DNA of 32,000 nucleotides from the NCBI GenBank assembly GCA_041395025.1, contig JAWLBH010000001.1, positions 930,001 through 962,000 on the forward strand. The letters are read 5' to 3'. A program made the translations under genes and the position numbers. The notes beneath the pieces are model-generated. The model searched no databases and was not told the DNA's origin. It saw only the letters and a program-made list of their open reading frames with translations. Of this stretch, positions 18,040-27,176 are shown piece by piece. The stretch comes from Chlamydiales bacterium (GTDB taxonomy: Bacteria > Chlamydiota > Chlamydiia > Chlamydiales > JAAKFR01). Position 1 is the first letter of the stretch, and every line of letters starts with the position of its first letter.

Positions 18040-18789
18040 CTAAAGATCTGAGAAGGGGTTTGAAGCTTCTTTGAATCCTCCTCCTTGTTTGCGTTTTTTT
18101 AGCTCTAATCGAATTGAAAAGAGCAAATCTTCATCAAAATCCATTCGTGCTGCCCATGTTAGGTATTGAAGGGGAATCTCCGAAAAAAGCCGCCCTTTGT
18201 ATTTGCCGAGAGGCATAAATTTCATCTGGATGGGTTTTGATAGAATATCCATAATCTGCTCAAGAGTTTTATATCTAGCAACGAGATGTTTAAATACTTT
18301 GATATTCATTTTTACATCATTTAATGCTCGATGGGCAGGTTCCGTAGAGATGTTAAAATGATGAGAAAGCTTTTCAAGAGAGTTATTGGGACTATCTCCG
18401 TAAAGACGAGCGAGACGTAGAGTATCTATATAAGGATGTTCTTTAAGATTACAAGGAATACCTGAGCGCTCAGCAGCACGATTAACCATTTCTATATCTA
18501 AACCTACCCCGTGACCAACAATCATATCATTTGAAAGAAATGCAAGAAAATCTGAAATCACCATTTCAACAGGAGGTTTATCTTTGATCATTTCAGGAGA
18601 AATCTTATGAATTGCAAACGCTTCTTCAGAAATTAAGCAATTAGGCTTAACGAGCTTATTAAATTCATTGAGAATTTTTGAAAAAGTGAAGCGAATTGCT
18701 GCGAGTTCAATAATTTGATCTTTTTCTAGATCGAGTCCAGTAAATTCACAGTCAAGACAGACAAAAGTTGTAGTAGATAATAGAGTCAA
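18040..18789 (-). CDS. DEDDh 3'-5' exonuclease (DnaQ/epsilon-like) with a C-terminal FGKYKG-type (DUF3820-like) domain
   Basis: Exo I is CLDCEFTGLD, Exo II is GHGVGLDIEMV, Exo III is HRALNDV. The C-terminal MPLGKYKGRLFSEIPLQYLTWAA resembles the DUF3820/QSregVF_b motif as I recall it. The TTG start overlaps the engB TGA stop (TTGA). Confidence 0.85.
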   Translation of the reverse strand: MTLLSTTTFVCLDCEFTGLDLEKDQIIELAAIRFTFSKILNEFNKLVKPNCLISEEAFAIHKISPEMIKDKPPVEMVISDFLAFLSNDMIVGHGVGLDIEMVNRAAERSGIPCNLKEHPYIDTLRLARLYGDSPNNSLEKLSHHFNISTEPAHRALNDVKMNIKVFKHLVARYKTLEQIMDILSKPIQMKFMPLGKYKGRLFSEIPLQYLTWAARMDFDEDLLFSIRLELKKRKQGGGFKEASNPFSDL

Positions 18790-19364
18790 TTCAAAACCTC
18801 AGAGATAAAATGAATTAACTGATTCCTTCCTTCATTTTTTAAAACAGAGTAATGTACATAGGGAAGGGGATGTAAGAGATCAAGAATATTTTTTGTTTGC
18901 TGACTTCTTTGATTTTTTTTCAATTTGTCTACTTTTGTTAAGATGAGAATGGCTGGAATTTGTATCGCTTCAATCCACTCAAGCATCTGAAGATCATCAC
19001 CATTAGGAATGCGTCGACTATCGACCAGAAATAAGATGAGTTTTGGTTTTGCTGATAGATATTTTTCCACAAGTATCTGCCAATCTTTTTTTACTTTAAA
19101 AGGAACTCGAGCATAACCATATCCAGGAAGGTCAGCAAAAATTAATTGATCATTCAGGGAAAAAAAATTAATTGCTTGGGTCTTACCAGGTGTTGAAGAG
19201 GTTTTTATGAGATTTTTTGACTTAAAAAGATGATTCAGTAAAGTCGATTTCCCAACGTTAGAACGACCTACAATTGCAATTTCAGGCAAAAAGCCAAAAG
19301 TAGGAAAATGTATGGGGTCAATGACTGTTTTTAAGAATTTAGGATTTTGAAATAGAAATTTCAC
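18786..19364 (-). CDS. engB: Ribosome-biogenesis GTP-binding protein EngB/YsxC/YihA
   Basis: G1 is GRSNVGKSTLLN, G3 is DLPGYG, G4 is TKVDK. The longest ORF uses GTG at 19364 and overlaps tsaE by 26 nt, so the start is uncertain. Confidence 0.88.
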   Translation of the reverse strand: MKFLFQNPKFLKTVIDPIHFPTFGFLPEIAIVGRSNVGKSTLLNHLFKSKNLIKTSSTPGKTQAINFFSLNDQLIFADLPGYGYARVPFKVKKDWQILVEKYLSAKPKLILFLVDSRRIPNGDDLQMLEWIEAIQIPAILILTKVDKLKKNQRSQQTKNILDLLHPLPYVHYSVLKNEGRNQLIHFISEVLN

Positions 19365-19770
19365 GAGATTCTTCCGTTAAATGAGAAAGGTTAACAAAAA
19401 TTGCTCTCTTGGGTAAAATGGAAATGATTTTTTCACTCCATTCAATAAAACAAATTCCTCCAGCAAAAAGATACTCCTCGAACCCTAAACTTAAAAATTC
19501 TTCACAACCATCCAATCTATAAAGATCAAAGTGATAAACATTCTTATAAATCCTTAAATAGACAAAGGTAGGGCTGACCACTTGATTTGGGAGGATTCCT
19601 GTGATGGCGTGCACGACTCCTTTCACAAAAGTGGTCTTTCCTGCTCCCACTTCTCCAGATAGACAAACAACAATATTTTTCTTTAACTCTATCTCTAAGC
19701 CAAAATTCATTCCAAGATTTAAGGTCTCTTCAGCTGAATGGGTAATTATGATTCTTCTGTTTCGACCCAT
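19339..19770 (-). CDS. tsaE: tRNA t6A37 biosynthesis ATPase TsaE (YjeE)
   Basis: 143 aa with P-loop LSGEVGAGKTTFVKG, SPTF, and a YHFDLYRL motif typical of YjeE. ATG start with a 25-nt overlap onto the upstream gene. Confidence 0.9.
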   Translation of the reverse strand: MGRNRRIIITHSAEETLNLGMNFGLEIELKKNIVVCLSGEVGAGKTTFVKGVVHAITGILPNQVVSPTFVYLRIYKNVYHFDLYRLDGCEEFLSLGFEEYLFAGGICFIEWSEKIISILPKRAIFVNLSHLTEESREISISKS

Positions 19771-20465
19771 TGGTTGACATAAGGATGAAAATCTTTATCT
19801 TCTGATAGATTTTCAACAAAGGTTGCAATTTTTTTTTCTTGTAGATGTTCTTGAATAAAATTAAGAAAAGAATCTTCAATTTGGAATCGATTCTGATTTT
19901 GTACTTCAACAAGCGTAAGATTTTTAAGGTAAAGATCTTTGAAGTTAGCAATTACAGATTGCTTATTATTAAAAAGTTTACCAGTAATAGCGGATGAGTA
20001 GACTGTTTTTGCAAGGGGTTCTTTACGTGGTTTAATATAGTTCTTAATAATTTCAGGATCTTCAGAAACAAAAAATCGTTTAGCTGGGACCCCCCCAATA
20101 CGTTCTTTATTTTCAGGACATTTAGAGACCCAATCATAAATCGCATCCTGTGGGTTAGGATGAGTATTATTGGCAAAAACCTTTCCGGTAAAGGGACATA
20201 TATAAATTTTTTTTGTGTGTTCATTGACAGAAGGAGGACCAAATCCAATTTTGATTTCAGTTTCTCGCCAAACCTTACCTTCTTTTTCAAGCTTGTCAAT
20301 AGCAGCTTCACTGCTCTGATAGATCATCTTATCTGGTATAAAGAGGACGGGGTTTAGCTGAAATTTTTTTTCTAGGTAAAATAGATAAGATCCTAAAAGT
20401 TCAGGGGAACGTCTTTCTTCTAAAAAACTTAAAAGGTCTTTTTTAATCCTAATAGAAATGCTCAT
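19746..20465 (-). CDS. Conserved hypothetical protein (probably Chlamydiae-restricted family), function unknown
   Basis: 239-aa ORF, ATG start, first gene of the tightly coupled minus-strand run. It has an internal duplicated motif K-x-[IV]-Y-x4-TGK-[VL]-F-x-N. I recognise no catalytic motif. Confidence 0.8.
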   Translation of the reverse strand: MSISIRIKKDLLSFLEERRSPELLGSYLFYLEKKFQLNPVLFIPDKMIYQSSEAAIDKLEKEGKVWRETEIKIGFGPPSVNEHTKKIYICPFTGKVFANNTHPNPQDAIYDWVSKCPENKERIGGVPAKRFFVSEDPEIIKNYIKPRKEPLAKTVYSSAITGKLFNNKQSVIANFKDLYLKNLTLVEVQNQNRFQIEDSFLNFIQEHLQEKKIATFVENLSEDKDFHPYVNQWVETEES

Positions 20466-20651
20466 CTTTTTCTCAGATATTCGATTTGGAAGATAATAGC
20501 TTATTAAAATGATATTTATTTCTCAAGAACAACGAGTATTAGATCCCGATCTTACTATTCTTTTATTAGTAACCCTCGAGAAAGGATTCTATTTTTTAAA
20601 GATCAGTGAGAATTCAAGATATTCTGAAAGTATCTCTTTCAATAGATTCGA

Positions 20652-21866
20652 TTAGATCACAGAGATCGAGATTCCTTGTAAATAGATTAAAAAAAAGATT
20701 GCAAATCCAATTAAAAAGAGAAGATAACATCCTCCGGGTACAAAGTGAGGTGTCGGGAGTTTATAGAAATACCTTGCTTTTGCAACCATGAAAATAGGGA
20801 CAATGGCATTAATAATAAAACTTCCTCCTGGAACAATGGCGTAATTGATAATTTTTCCTATGAAAGGGCTGTGATATAGAAGAATTATAGGTAATGAAGG
20901 AAGGAAAATTAGACAACAAATCATAAAACGGGTTTGATAGATCCGTCTTGTTAAGGGAATAGAAAAGCAATCACTGTAAAAATCAATCATAGATAGAGTC
21001 ACCCCAATGACTGAGGTATTAGCTGCAAAAAGAATGACACAATTTAAGGATCTCATCACCATTGGAAATTCTTTTCCCCAAGGAAACTGAGTCATTTCCT
21101 TGCCTTCAGAGAAAGATAACCAAAGAGGAATTTTCCCCATGGAACCCACGATGATCCATTGCCATACGATATAAAAAATGAGGGCGCTAGTGACGCCATA
21201 AAAAATAGATAACTGTACTTTCTTTTTTTCTCGATGCAAATAAGTGCAGAGTGTTGGGATAATTAAATTGAAACCAAATGAGCTAAAAATAATTGGGAAG
21301 GAGAAATAGATATAAATCCATGCAATTCGAGTTAAATATTGAGTATTGACTTGAGCAGCTTGATAGTAAAAAGTATAGAGAAAAGCCATCACCAGTCCGA
21401 TCAGGAAGATAAAATTTGTTCGATTGGCCACTCTTATTCCACAGAAAACGACTACTCCAAAAGTAAATGCATAAAGAATGGATCCTAGAAAAAAAGGAAA
21501 ACGAAATCCTAAAAATTTTTCACTCAGTAGATTAAAAGAAGATACTCCGGATAAGATGTAAGCTCCAATATAGGCATACATATTGATTAAAAAAATAATA
21601 GAGACGATAATGGCAGGAATTTTGCCTAAAAAAGTTTTAGAAATTGTATAAAAATTCGCTCCATCAGGAGTTCCAAAAGTCGCCTCTGCATAAAACATTG
21701 CATTAGCAAGAGTGAAAATCCAAATTATCACACTCATTAAAATCCCAGGAATAAACCCTGTGAATCCTGTGACAATCGGAAGGCTAAGAAAAGAAACTCC
21801 AATACAAGTTCCTGTAACCAAGCAAGTAGCATAAAAAATAGAACCTTTCTTCACTACAAAGCTCAA
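20652..21866 (-). CDS. tyrP: Aromatic amino acid permease (TyrP/Mtr/TnaB, HAAAP family)
   Basis: 404 aa, about 11 TM segments. The N-terminus (SIFYATCLVTGTCIGVSFLSLPIVTGFTGFIPG) resembles the TyrP/Mtr signature. TTG start with GAGGA 9 nt upstream. Confidence 0.82.
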   Translation of the reverse strand: MSFVVKKGSIFYATCLVTGTCIGVSFLSLPIVTGFTGFIPGILMSVIIWIFTLANAMFYAEATFGTPDGANFYTISKTFLGKIPAIIVSIIFLINMYAYIGAYILSGVSSFNLLSEKFLGFRFPFFLGSILYAFTFGVVVFCGIRVANRTNFIFLIGLVMAFLYTFYYQAAQVNTQYLTRIAWIYIYFSFPIIFSSFGFNLIIPTLCTYLHREKKKVQLSIFYGVTSALIFYIVWQWIIVGSMGKIPLWLSFSEGKEMTQFPWGKEFPMVMRSLNCVILFAANTSVIGVTLSMIDFYSDCFSIPLTRRIYQTRFMICCLIFLPSLPIILLYHSPFIGKIINYAIVPGGSFIINAIVPIFMVAKARYFYKLPTPHFVPGGCYLLFLIGFAIFFLIYLQGISISVI

Positions 21867-21980
21867 TAATTTCTATCCTCTATATTAAAATTCATCCTAG
21901 CATTTTTTATTTAATTATTTAAATTTAATCCTATCGATGAAAAATGATCGTGTCATTTGTTAAATATTTAGGAATTTTTC

Positions 21981-22589
21981 TTAAGAATTGATAGTCAATA
22001 AGAGATCTCCTTCATCAAACTGGATCGATACTTTCTCTTGAATAGCTTGATTTGATAGACTTGAAAAGCTTTTGGTCAGTGTTTGGTTTTTGATTTCCCA
22101 TTTAAGCCCTTGCGTGATCACTCCAGATACTCTAGAGCTAATAGGAATTAAAGAGATTGTCTGTCCTTTTTTACAAGAAAGGATATAAGATTTTGGGATT
22201 GCAAAACAGGACTCATATTCGGATTGAAACTGCATTGTTTCAGGGTAATTACATAATAGGTGAATATTTTTCAAAGTATGGTCTATCCGTTTTCCAAGTG
22301 CTCCACAAACTGTAAACATCTCGAATCCAGAATAGACTAAATACTCAATTGCTTTTTCTAAATCACTCTTATTTTGATTAGGAGTTTTGATTTTTATAAG
22401 ATCGGAATATTTGTCTAATAGAGTTTGAGGGACTGAATCGAAATCTCCTAGAATCAAATCCACATCAATACCAGCTTCATCACAAGCAACTAACCCACCA
22501 TCAATTGCTACGATACCTTGGCTTTTTTTAGCTAAAGTTGAAAGGAATATTTGATTAGGAGGGATTCCATTTGCAACTAGAGTTAACAT
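21981..22589 (-). CDS. thiN: Thiamine pyrophosphokinase
   Basis: 202 aa with LILGDFDS, KSDLEKAIEY, GALGKRIDHTLKNIHLL and a C-terminal thiamine-binding-like domain (GLKWEI...SLSN). The layout matches bacterial ThiN/TPK. Confidence 0.82.
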   Translation of the reverse strand: MLTLVANGIPPNQIFLSTLAKKSQGIVAIDGGLVACDEAGIDVDLILGDFDSVPQTLLDKYSDLIKIKTPNQNKSDLEKAIEYLVYSGFEMFTVCGALGKRIDHTLKNIHLLCNYPETMQFQSEYESCFAIPKSYILSCKKGQTISLIPISSRVSGVITQGLKWEIKNQTLTKSFSSLSNQAIQEKVSIQFDEGDLLLTINS

Positions 22590-22812
22590 AATATGTACCT
22601 ATTCTATGAGAATAGCTGATAGAACAAAAGAGCTGCTCTGGCTTTTTTACAACCATGAGTAAAAAAAGGAAAGATGATTTACACAATTTTCTTAGATAGA
22701 TTTTTTTGAAATTCAATCATTGAGCTATGAAAATCTTCTGTTCTACTATTGTCTTTTTTTTCTTTCTCAATTAAGATGAATTGTTTAATCAATCTTTTAA
22801 GGAGATTAGATA

Positions 22813-23139
22813 ATGGCTTCATCTGATATTATTAAGCAATTTTTAGATGACAACTTTGATGAGGGAATCTCTCAAGGGGTTGTTTTAGTGGATTTTTATG
22901 CCGAATGGTGTGGTCCTTGTCGAATGCTTGCTCCAGTTGTCGAAGAGCTTGCTCAAGAAATGTCCGGTAAGATCACAGTTGCTAAAGTTGATACAGACCA
23001 ATCTGTGGATGTTGCTGCGAGATTTGAAGTTACTTCAATCCCAACCCTCATCTTATTTAAAGATGGTGCGATTGTGAAGCGTGTCGTTGGATTGAAAGAT
23101 CTAGATGCTTTACGGAAGATTGTCAATCAGGCACTCTAG
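22813..23139 (+). CDS. trxA: Thioredoxin
   Basis: 108 aa with active site WCGPC. AAGGAG lies 8 nt upstream of the ATG. Confidence 0.96.
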   Translation: MASSDIIKQFLDDNFDEGISQGVVLVDFYAEWCGPCRMLAPVVEELAQEMSGKITVAKVDTDQSVDVAARFEVTSIPTLILFKDGAIVKRVVGLKDLDALRKIVNQAL

Positions 23140-23338
23140 CTTAAAAGTAGCGTATTTCGATTGATTCGACCATTGTTCTATCTTTTGTTCTAAGAAAAGG
23201 ATTTTCTCAGATTTTAAAAACTTTGGAATAAATTCAGATAGACTGTGAGATTGATCATTTAAAAAAAATAAAAATGAAGGTTAAATTTAGAATATAGAGA
23301 ATTTAGCGATTCTAAATAGGGATGTTTCTAGTTAAGCT

Positions 23339-23998
23339 TTATTTTTGTATCATTTCTTCACAAGCATTAGCATTTGCTTTTAAAACCTCAAATTCAAAAA
23401 TTAGAAGAGAGTTAGGAGGTAGATTTCCAGAGATTCCGTATCCAAGCTCAGGATGAATGTAGAGAATGCGTTTTTCTCCTTCTTTCATCCCAACAAGTCC
23501 TTTTGTAAAACCTGGGATGGATTGTTTGATTGGTAGAGGTGTGGGATTATCGGAATGGGCAAAGATAGTGCCATCAATAAGAGATCCTTGATAGTGAATT
23601 AAAGGAGTTGAATCGCAAGAGACCTCTTCTCCACTGCCCTTTTTCACAATACGAAATTGAAGCTGAGGATCGATCTCTTCAACCCCTTTCTCCATTTTGT
23701 TCTGTTTTAAAAACGCATCTGCTTGTGCAAGATTATTTTCTGCTGTTTGTAAAAAAATCGTCTCTTGAATTGAAGAGATGGCTTGCTCATATTCTTCTTC
23801 ACTCATGGGAGGTTCTTTCCCAGCGCGTGCATTTTGAATACCTTGAATAAATCGATCAAGATTACACTGAAATCCAGGTTGTACAAGATGACGAACAAGC
23901 AGGTAACCCATTGTTTCAGATATTTGATCATGATCAATCTCAGCATGACTCCAAGTTGAAGCAAAGAGACAGAAAAGCCATAGGAATGATTTTTTCAT
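23339..23998 (-). CDS. mip: Mip-type FKBP peptidyl-prolyl cis-trans isomerase, exported
   Basis: Signal peptide MKKSFLWLFCLFASTWSHA, an N-terminal dimerisation-helix region, and an FKBP domain (GFTKGLVGMKEGEKRILYIHPELGYG). I prefer ATG 23998, which has GGAGAG 5 nt upstream. The track start 24019 is a TTG inside aspS. Confidence 0.9.
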   Translation of the reverse strand: MKKSFLWLFCLFASTWSHAEIDHDQISETMGYLLVRHLVQPGFQCNLDRFIQGIQNARAGKEPPMSEEEYEQAISSIQETIFLQTAENNLAQADAFLKQNKMEKGVEEIDPQLQFRIVKKGSGEEVSCDSTPLIHYQGSLIDGTIFAHSDNPTPLPIKQSIPGFTKGLVGMKEGEKRILYIHPELGYGISGNLPPNSLLIFEFEVLKANANACEEMIQK

Positions 23999-23999
23999 T

Positions 24000-25775
24000 T
24001 TAACTCTCCATCGGTTCAATCAGTATATTTAATTCTTTAAGTTGCTTTTTTATCACATTTGAAGGAGCTTCTGTCATTAGATCTGTAGATTTTTGTGTCT
24101 TAGGAAACGCAATGACATCACGCAAACTTTCAGATCGAGTAAGAAGCATCACAATGCGGTCGATTCCAAGAGCAATCCCAAGATGAGGTGGGGTCCCATA
24201 TTTTAAAGCTTCAATGAAAAATCCAAAACGTTTTTTAATATCTTCTTCCGATAACTTCAGGAGCTGGAAAATTTTTTCTTGGAGTTCTCCGCTATGGATA
24301 CGTTGAGAACCAGATCCAAGTTCATAGCCATTAAGGACAAGGTCATAACTCGATGATCTCACTTTAAGAGGATCTTTTTCTAAAAGAGAAATATCTTCCA
24401 GACGAGGTGAAGTAAAGGGATGATGTTCGCAGGTATAATTTTGAGTTTCAGAATCCCAATGTACTAAGGGAAAGTCTGTAATCCAAGCAAATTCATAGTG
24501 ATCTGGTCTGATCCACCCATGCTGATTCGCAATATAACGACGTAGCTGATCAAGAGCCATATTTACGATTTTTTCTTCTCCAGCTGCAAATAAAAGAAGG
24601 TCTCCTTTCTGAGCTTCCATTCTTTGAATCAGTTCTTTTTGCAATGTTTTATGGAAAAATTTGGTAATACTTGAAACGAGACCCTCATCACCCACTTTCA
24701 TCCAAGCCAGACCCTCTATTCCACAATGGCTAACTAGTTTTGTGTAATGTTCTATAGTTTTTCTTGAAAGATTTTCTCCACCTTTTACGCAGAGTCCTTT
24801 GACTATTCCTCCGTTCGAAAGCTGCTCTTTGAACACAGAAAAGTCAGATTTTTCCGCAATTTTATCAATGCGTGTCAGCCGCATACCAAAGCGTAAATCT
24901 GGCTTATCTGTTCCATAATGCTCCAAAGACTCTTGAAATGAAATACGACGGAAATTAGTTTGGATCTTAATATTCATAGAATTTTCAAAAATAATTTTGA
25001 TCATCTCTTCTATTAATTGAAAGAGCTCTTCTTGAGAACTAAAACTAATCTCAAGATCGATTTGTGTGAATTCAGGTTGGCGGTCTGCACGTAAGTCTTC
25101 ATCGCGAAAACATGTAGCAATTTGAAAATAGCGATCCATTCCGGCAATCATCAAGATTTGTTTAAAAAGTTGAGGTGATTGTGGTAAGGCAAAAAAACTA
25201 CCAGGGTAAATACGAGAGGGAACAAGATAATCACGGGCACCTTCTGGAGTAGATTTCGCTAAAATTGGTGTGTTGATTTCTAAAAAACCATGAGCACTAA
25301 GGTAATTTCGGATGCTCAGCATGACCTTATGTCGAATTTCTAAATTTTTAGCGATGTTTCCTCTTCGAATATCTAAATATCGATACTTCAGTCTTAATTC
25401 TTCATGAATATCAAGGTATTCATCACAAATAGAAAAAGGAGGTGTTTTCGCTTTAGATAAAATTGTCAGTTTATTCGCACAGATTTCAATTGACCCTGTT
25501 TTAAGTTTAGGGTTTTCCATGGATTGTGCTCGGGCAACGACTTTTCCTTCAACAGCAATGACCCACTCAGCACGTAAATTGCTTGCTAATTCATGCATTG
25601 AGAGATGAATTTCGGGGTGAAAAACAATTTGTGTGATTCCATACCTATCACGCAAGTCAATAAAAATCACACCTCCATGATCTCGTCTTCGATGAACCCA
25701 ACCAGTTAGGGTAACTTGTTGATCAATATTTTGAACCGTTAAGGTTCCACAGTCATGTGTTCTTTTGTAATTCAT
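24000..25775 (-). CDS. aspS: Aspartyl-tRNA synthetase
   Basis: 591 aa bacterial-type AspRS with an OB anticodon-binding N-terminus, motif 2 FRDEDLRADRQPEFTQID, a GAD insertion, and motif 3 GIALGIDRIVMLL. Confidence 0.97.
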   Translation of the reverse strand: MNYKRTHDCGTLTVQNIDQQVTLTGWVHRRRDHGGVIFIDLRDRYGITQIVFHPEIHLSMHELASNLRAEWVIAVEGKVVARAQSMENPKLKTGSIEICANKLTILSKAKTPPFSICDEYLDIHEELRLKYRYLDIRRGNIAKNLEIRHKVMLSIRNYLSAHGFLEINTPILAKSTPEGARDYLVPSRIYPGSFFALPQSPQLFKQILMIAGMDRYFQIATCFRDEDLRADRQPEFTQIDLEISFSSQEELFQLIEEMIKIIFENSMNIKIQTNFRRISFQESLEHYGTDKPDLRFGMRLTRIDKIAEKSDFSVFKEQLSNGGIVKGLCVKGGENLSRKTIEHYTKLVSHCGIEGLAWMKVGDEGLVSSITKFFHKTLQKELIQRMEAQKGDLLLFAAGEEKIVNMALDQLRRYIANQHGWIRPDHYEFAWITDFPLVHWDSETQNYTCEHHPFTSPRLEDISLLEKDPLKVRSSSYDLVLNGYELGSGSQRIHSGELQEKIFQLLKLSEEDIKKRFGFFIEALKYGTPPHLGIALGIDRIVMLLTRSESLRDVIAFPKTQKSTDLMTEAPSNVIKKQLKELNILIEPMES

Positions 25776-27030
25776 CCAATAACCTATCTAAAGGAAGAGA
25801 TTTTATATTTCCAGACGCCATTTCTTTCATCTCTACTTTTCCTGAATTAATCTCGTTTTCACCAATCACTACAGTGTATTTAGCTCCTATAATATCTGCA
25901 TAACGCATAGAATTTCTGAGTTTTGTTTCATTAAAGGCCATCTCAACTGGGAGAGTATTTTGGCGTAGATGGTTCATAATATGAAAACATTTTTTTTTAG
26001 CTTTTTCACCTATGGGAATCATAAACAGTAAAGGATGAGGGTAGGTAGGGAGGTTCACCTTTTGAGCGATCATGGTCTGAATTATTCTTTCGATGCCAGT
26101 ACCAAATCCGCAAGCGGGAAGGTTAGGACCACCAAGTTGGGTCATTAAACCATCATAGCGTCCTCCTCCTCCTAGGCTATTTTGACTACCTAGTTCTGCA
26201 GAAGTGATTTCAAAAACAATATTATTGTAGTAATCCAGACCACGGACTAGTTTTGGATTAGAGATGAAAGGAATCTTCTCTTCTTCAAGAAGGTTGCAAA
26301 ATTCTTGATAATGGGTTTTAGACTCATTGGAGAGAAAATCGTAGATGAGTGGAGCTTCAGTGAGTAATTCTTGGTCTTTTGAATTTTTTGAGTCTAAAAT
26401 GCGAATAGGATTGGTTTGATACCGTTTTTGGCTTTCTAGAGAGAGGTCATTAAAATAGGGCTTTAAGTAATTTTTCAAGGCATCACGGAAATTTTCTCTT
26501 GTTTTTGCATCACCGATTGAGTTGATGTGTAGATTAAACCCCTGGAGACCGAGTTTCTTATAAAAAGACCAGAGAATTTGAATGATCTCTACATCTTGAT
26601 AGGGAGAATTTGAACCAATCGCCTCCACTCCAAATTGATAGTGTTGCCGGTAGCGTCCTGCTTGTTGTCTTTCATAACGAAACATTGGACAGAGATAAAA
26701 GAACTTATGTATTGAACTAATCTGATGGAGATTTTTTTCAATAAAAGCTCGCATGACAGGTGTAGTGCCTTCCGGCCTTAGAGTCAACGATCGACCTCCC
26801 TTATCTTGGAAAGTATACATTTCTTTACTTACAATATCGGTATTCAGACCAATACTCCGGGTAAAGAGTTCAGTTAACTCAAAAAGGGGGGTGCGAATTT
26901 CTCGATATCCATAAAGATGGCAAATTGCACGGACTTGAGATTCTAAATATTCCCAAAGATGGGACTCACGCCAAGCCTCTGCATCTTTAGGTAGAATATC
27001 AAACACCCCTTTCGCAATATGATATGACAT
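25753..27030 (-). CDS. hisS: Histidyl-tRNA synthetase
   Basis: 425 aa class II enzyme with MFRYERQQAGRYRQHYQFGVEAIG, GGGRYDGL and a C-terminal anticodon-binding domain. The 3' end overlaps the aspS start by 23 nt. Confidence 0.97.
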   Translation of the reverse strand: MSYHIAKGVFDILPKDAEAWRESHLWEYLESQVRAICHLYGYREIRTPLFELTELFTRSIGLNTDIVSKEMYTFQDKGGRSLTLRPEGTTPVMRAFIEKNLHQISSIHKFFYLCPMFRYERQQAGRYRQHYQFGVEAIGSNSPYQDVEIIQILWSFYKKLGLQGFNLHINSIGDAKTRENFRDALKNYLKPYFNDLSLESQKRYQTNPIRILDSKNSKDQELLTEAPLIYDFLSNESKTHYQEFCNLLEEEKIPFISNPKLVRGLDYYNNIVFEITSAELGSQNSLGGGGRYDGLMTQLGGPNLPACGFGTGIERIIQTMIAQKVNLPTYPHPLLFMIPIGEKAKKKCFHIMNHLRQNTLPVEMAFNETKLRNSMRYADIIGAKYTVVIGENEINSGKVEMKEMASGNIKSLPLDRLLDELQKNT

Positions 27031-27176
27031 ACAAGATAGGAATAGAATCAGTTAAATTTAAAACTTTATCCATCATTTAAACCTTTTTTATCAAAAAACT
27101 TAAAATCAGGTATATGAAAATTTGAATTTAAACGACTATAGTTGAAATGCAAGATAGGATCAAGGGATTTTCGAGA

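Noticed and set aside
19952-20311. 119-aa same-strand alternative-frame ORF inside the 239-aa hypothetical gene.
   Set aside because: It is unusually long for an AT-rich genome, so I looked twice. However, the product is Leu/Lys/Ile low-complexity sequence without a plausible start context. The annotated frame has the coherent protein-like composition and the coupled junction to tsaE.
23285-23317. Inverted repeat ATTTAGAAT/ATTCTAAAT downstream of mip, and the AGAAAA-GGA-TTTTCT hairpin after trxA, considered as terminators.
   Set aside because: The stems are nearly all A-T. The loop is 15 nt in the first case and the T-run is not adjacent. Structures like these are expected by chance in AT-rich spacers.
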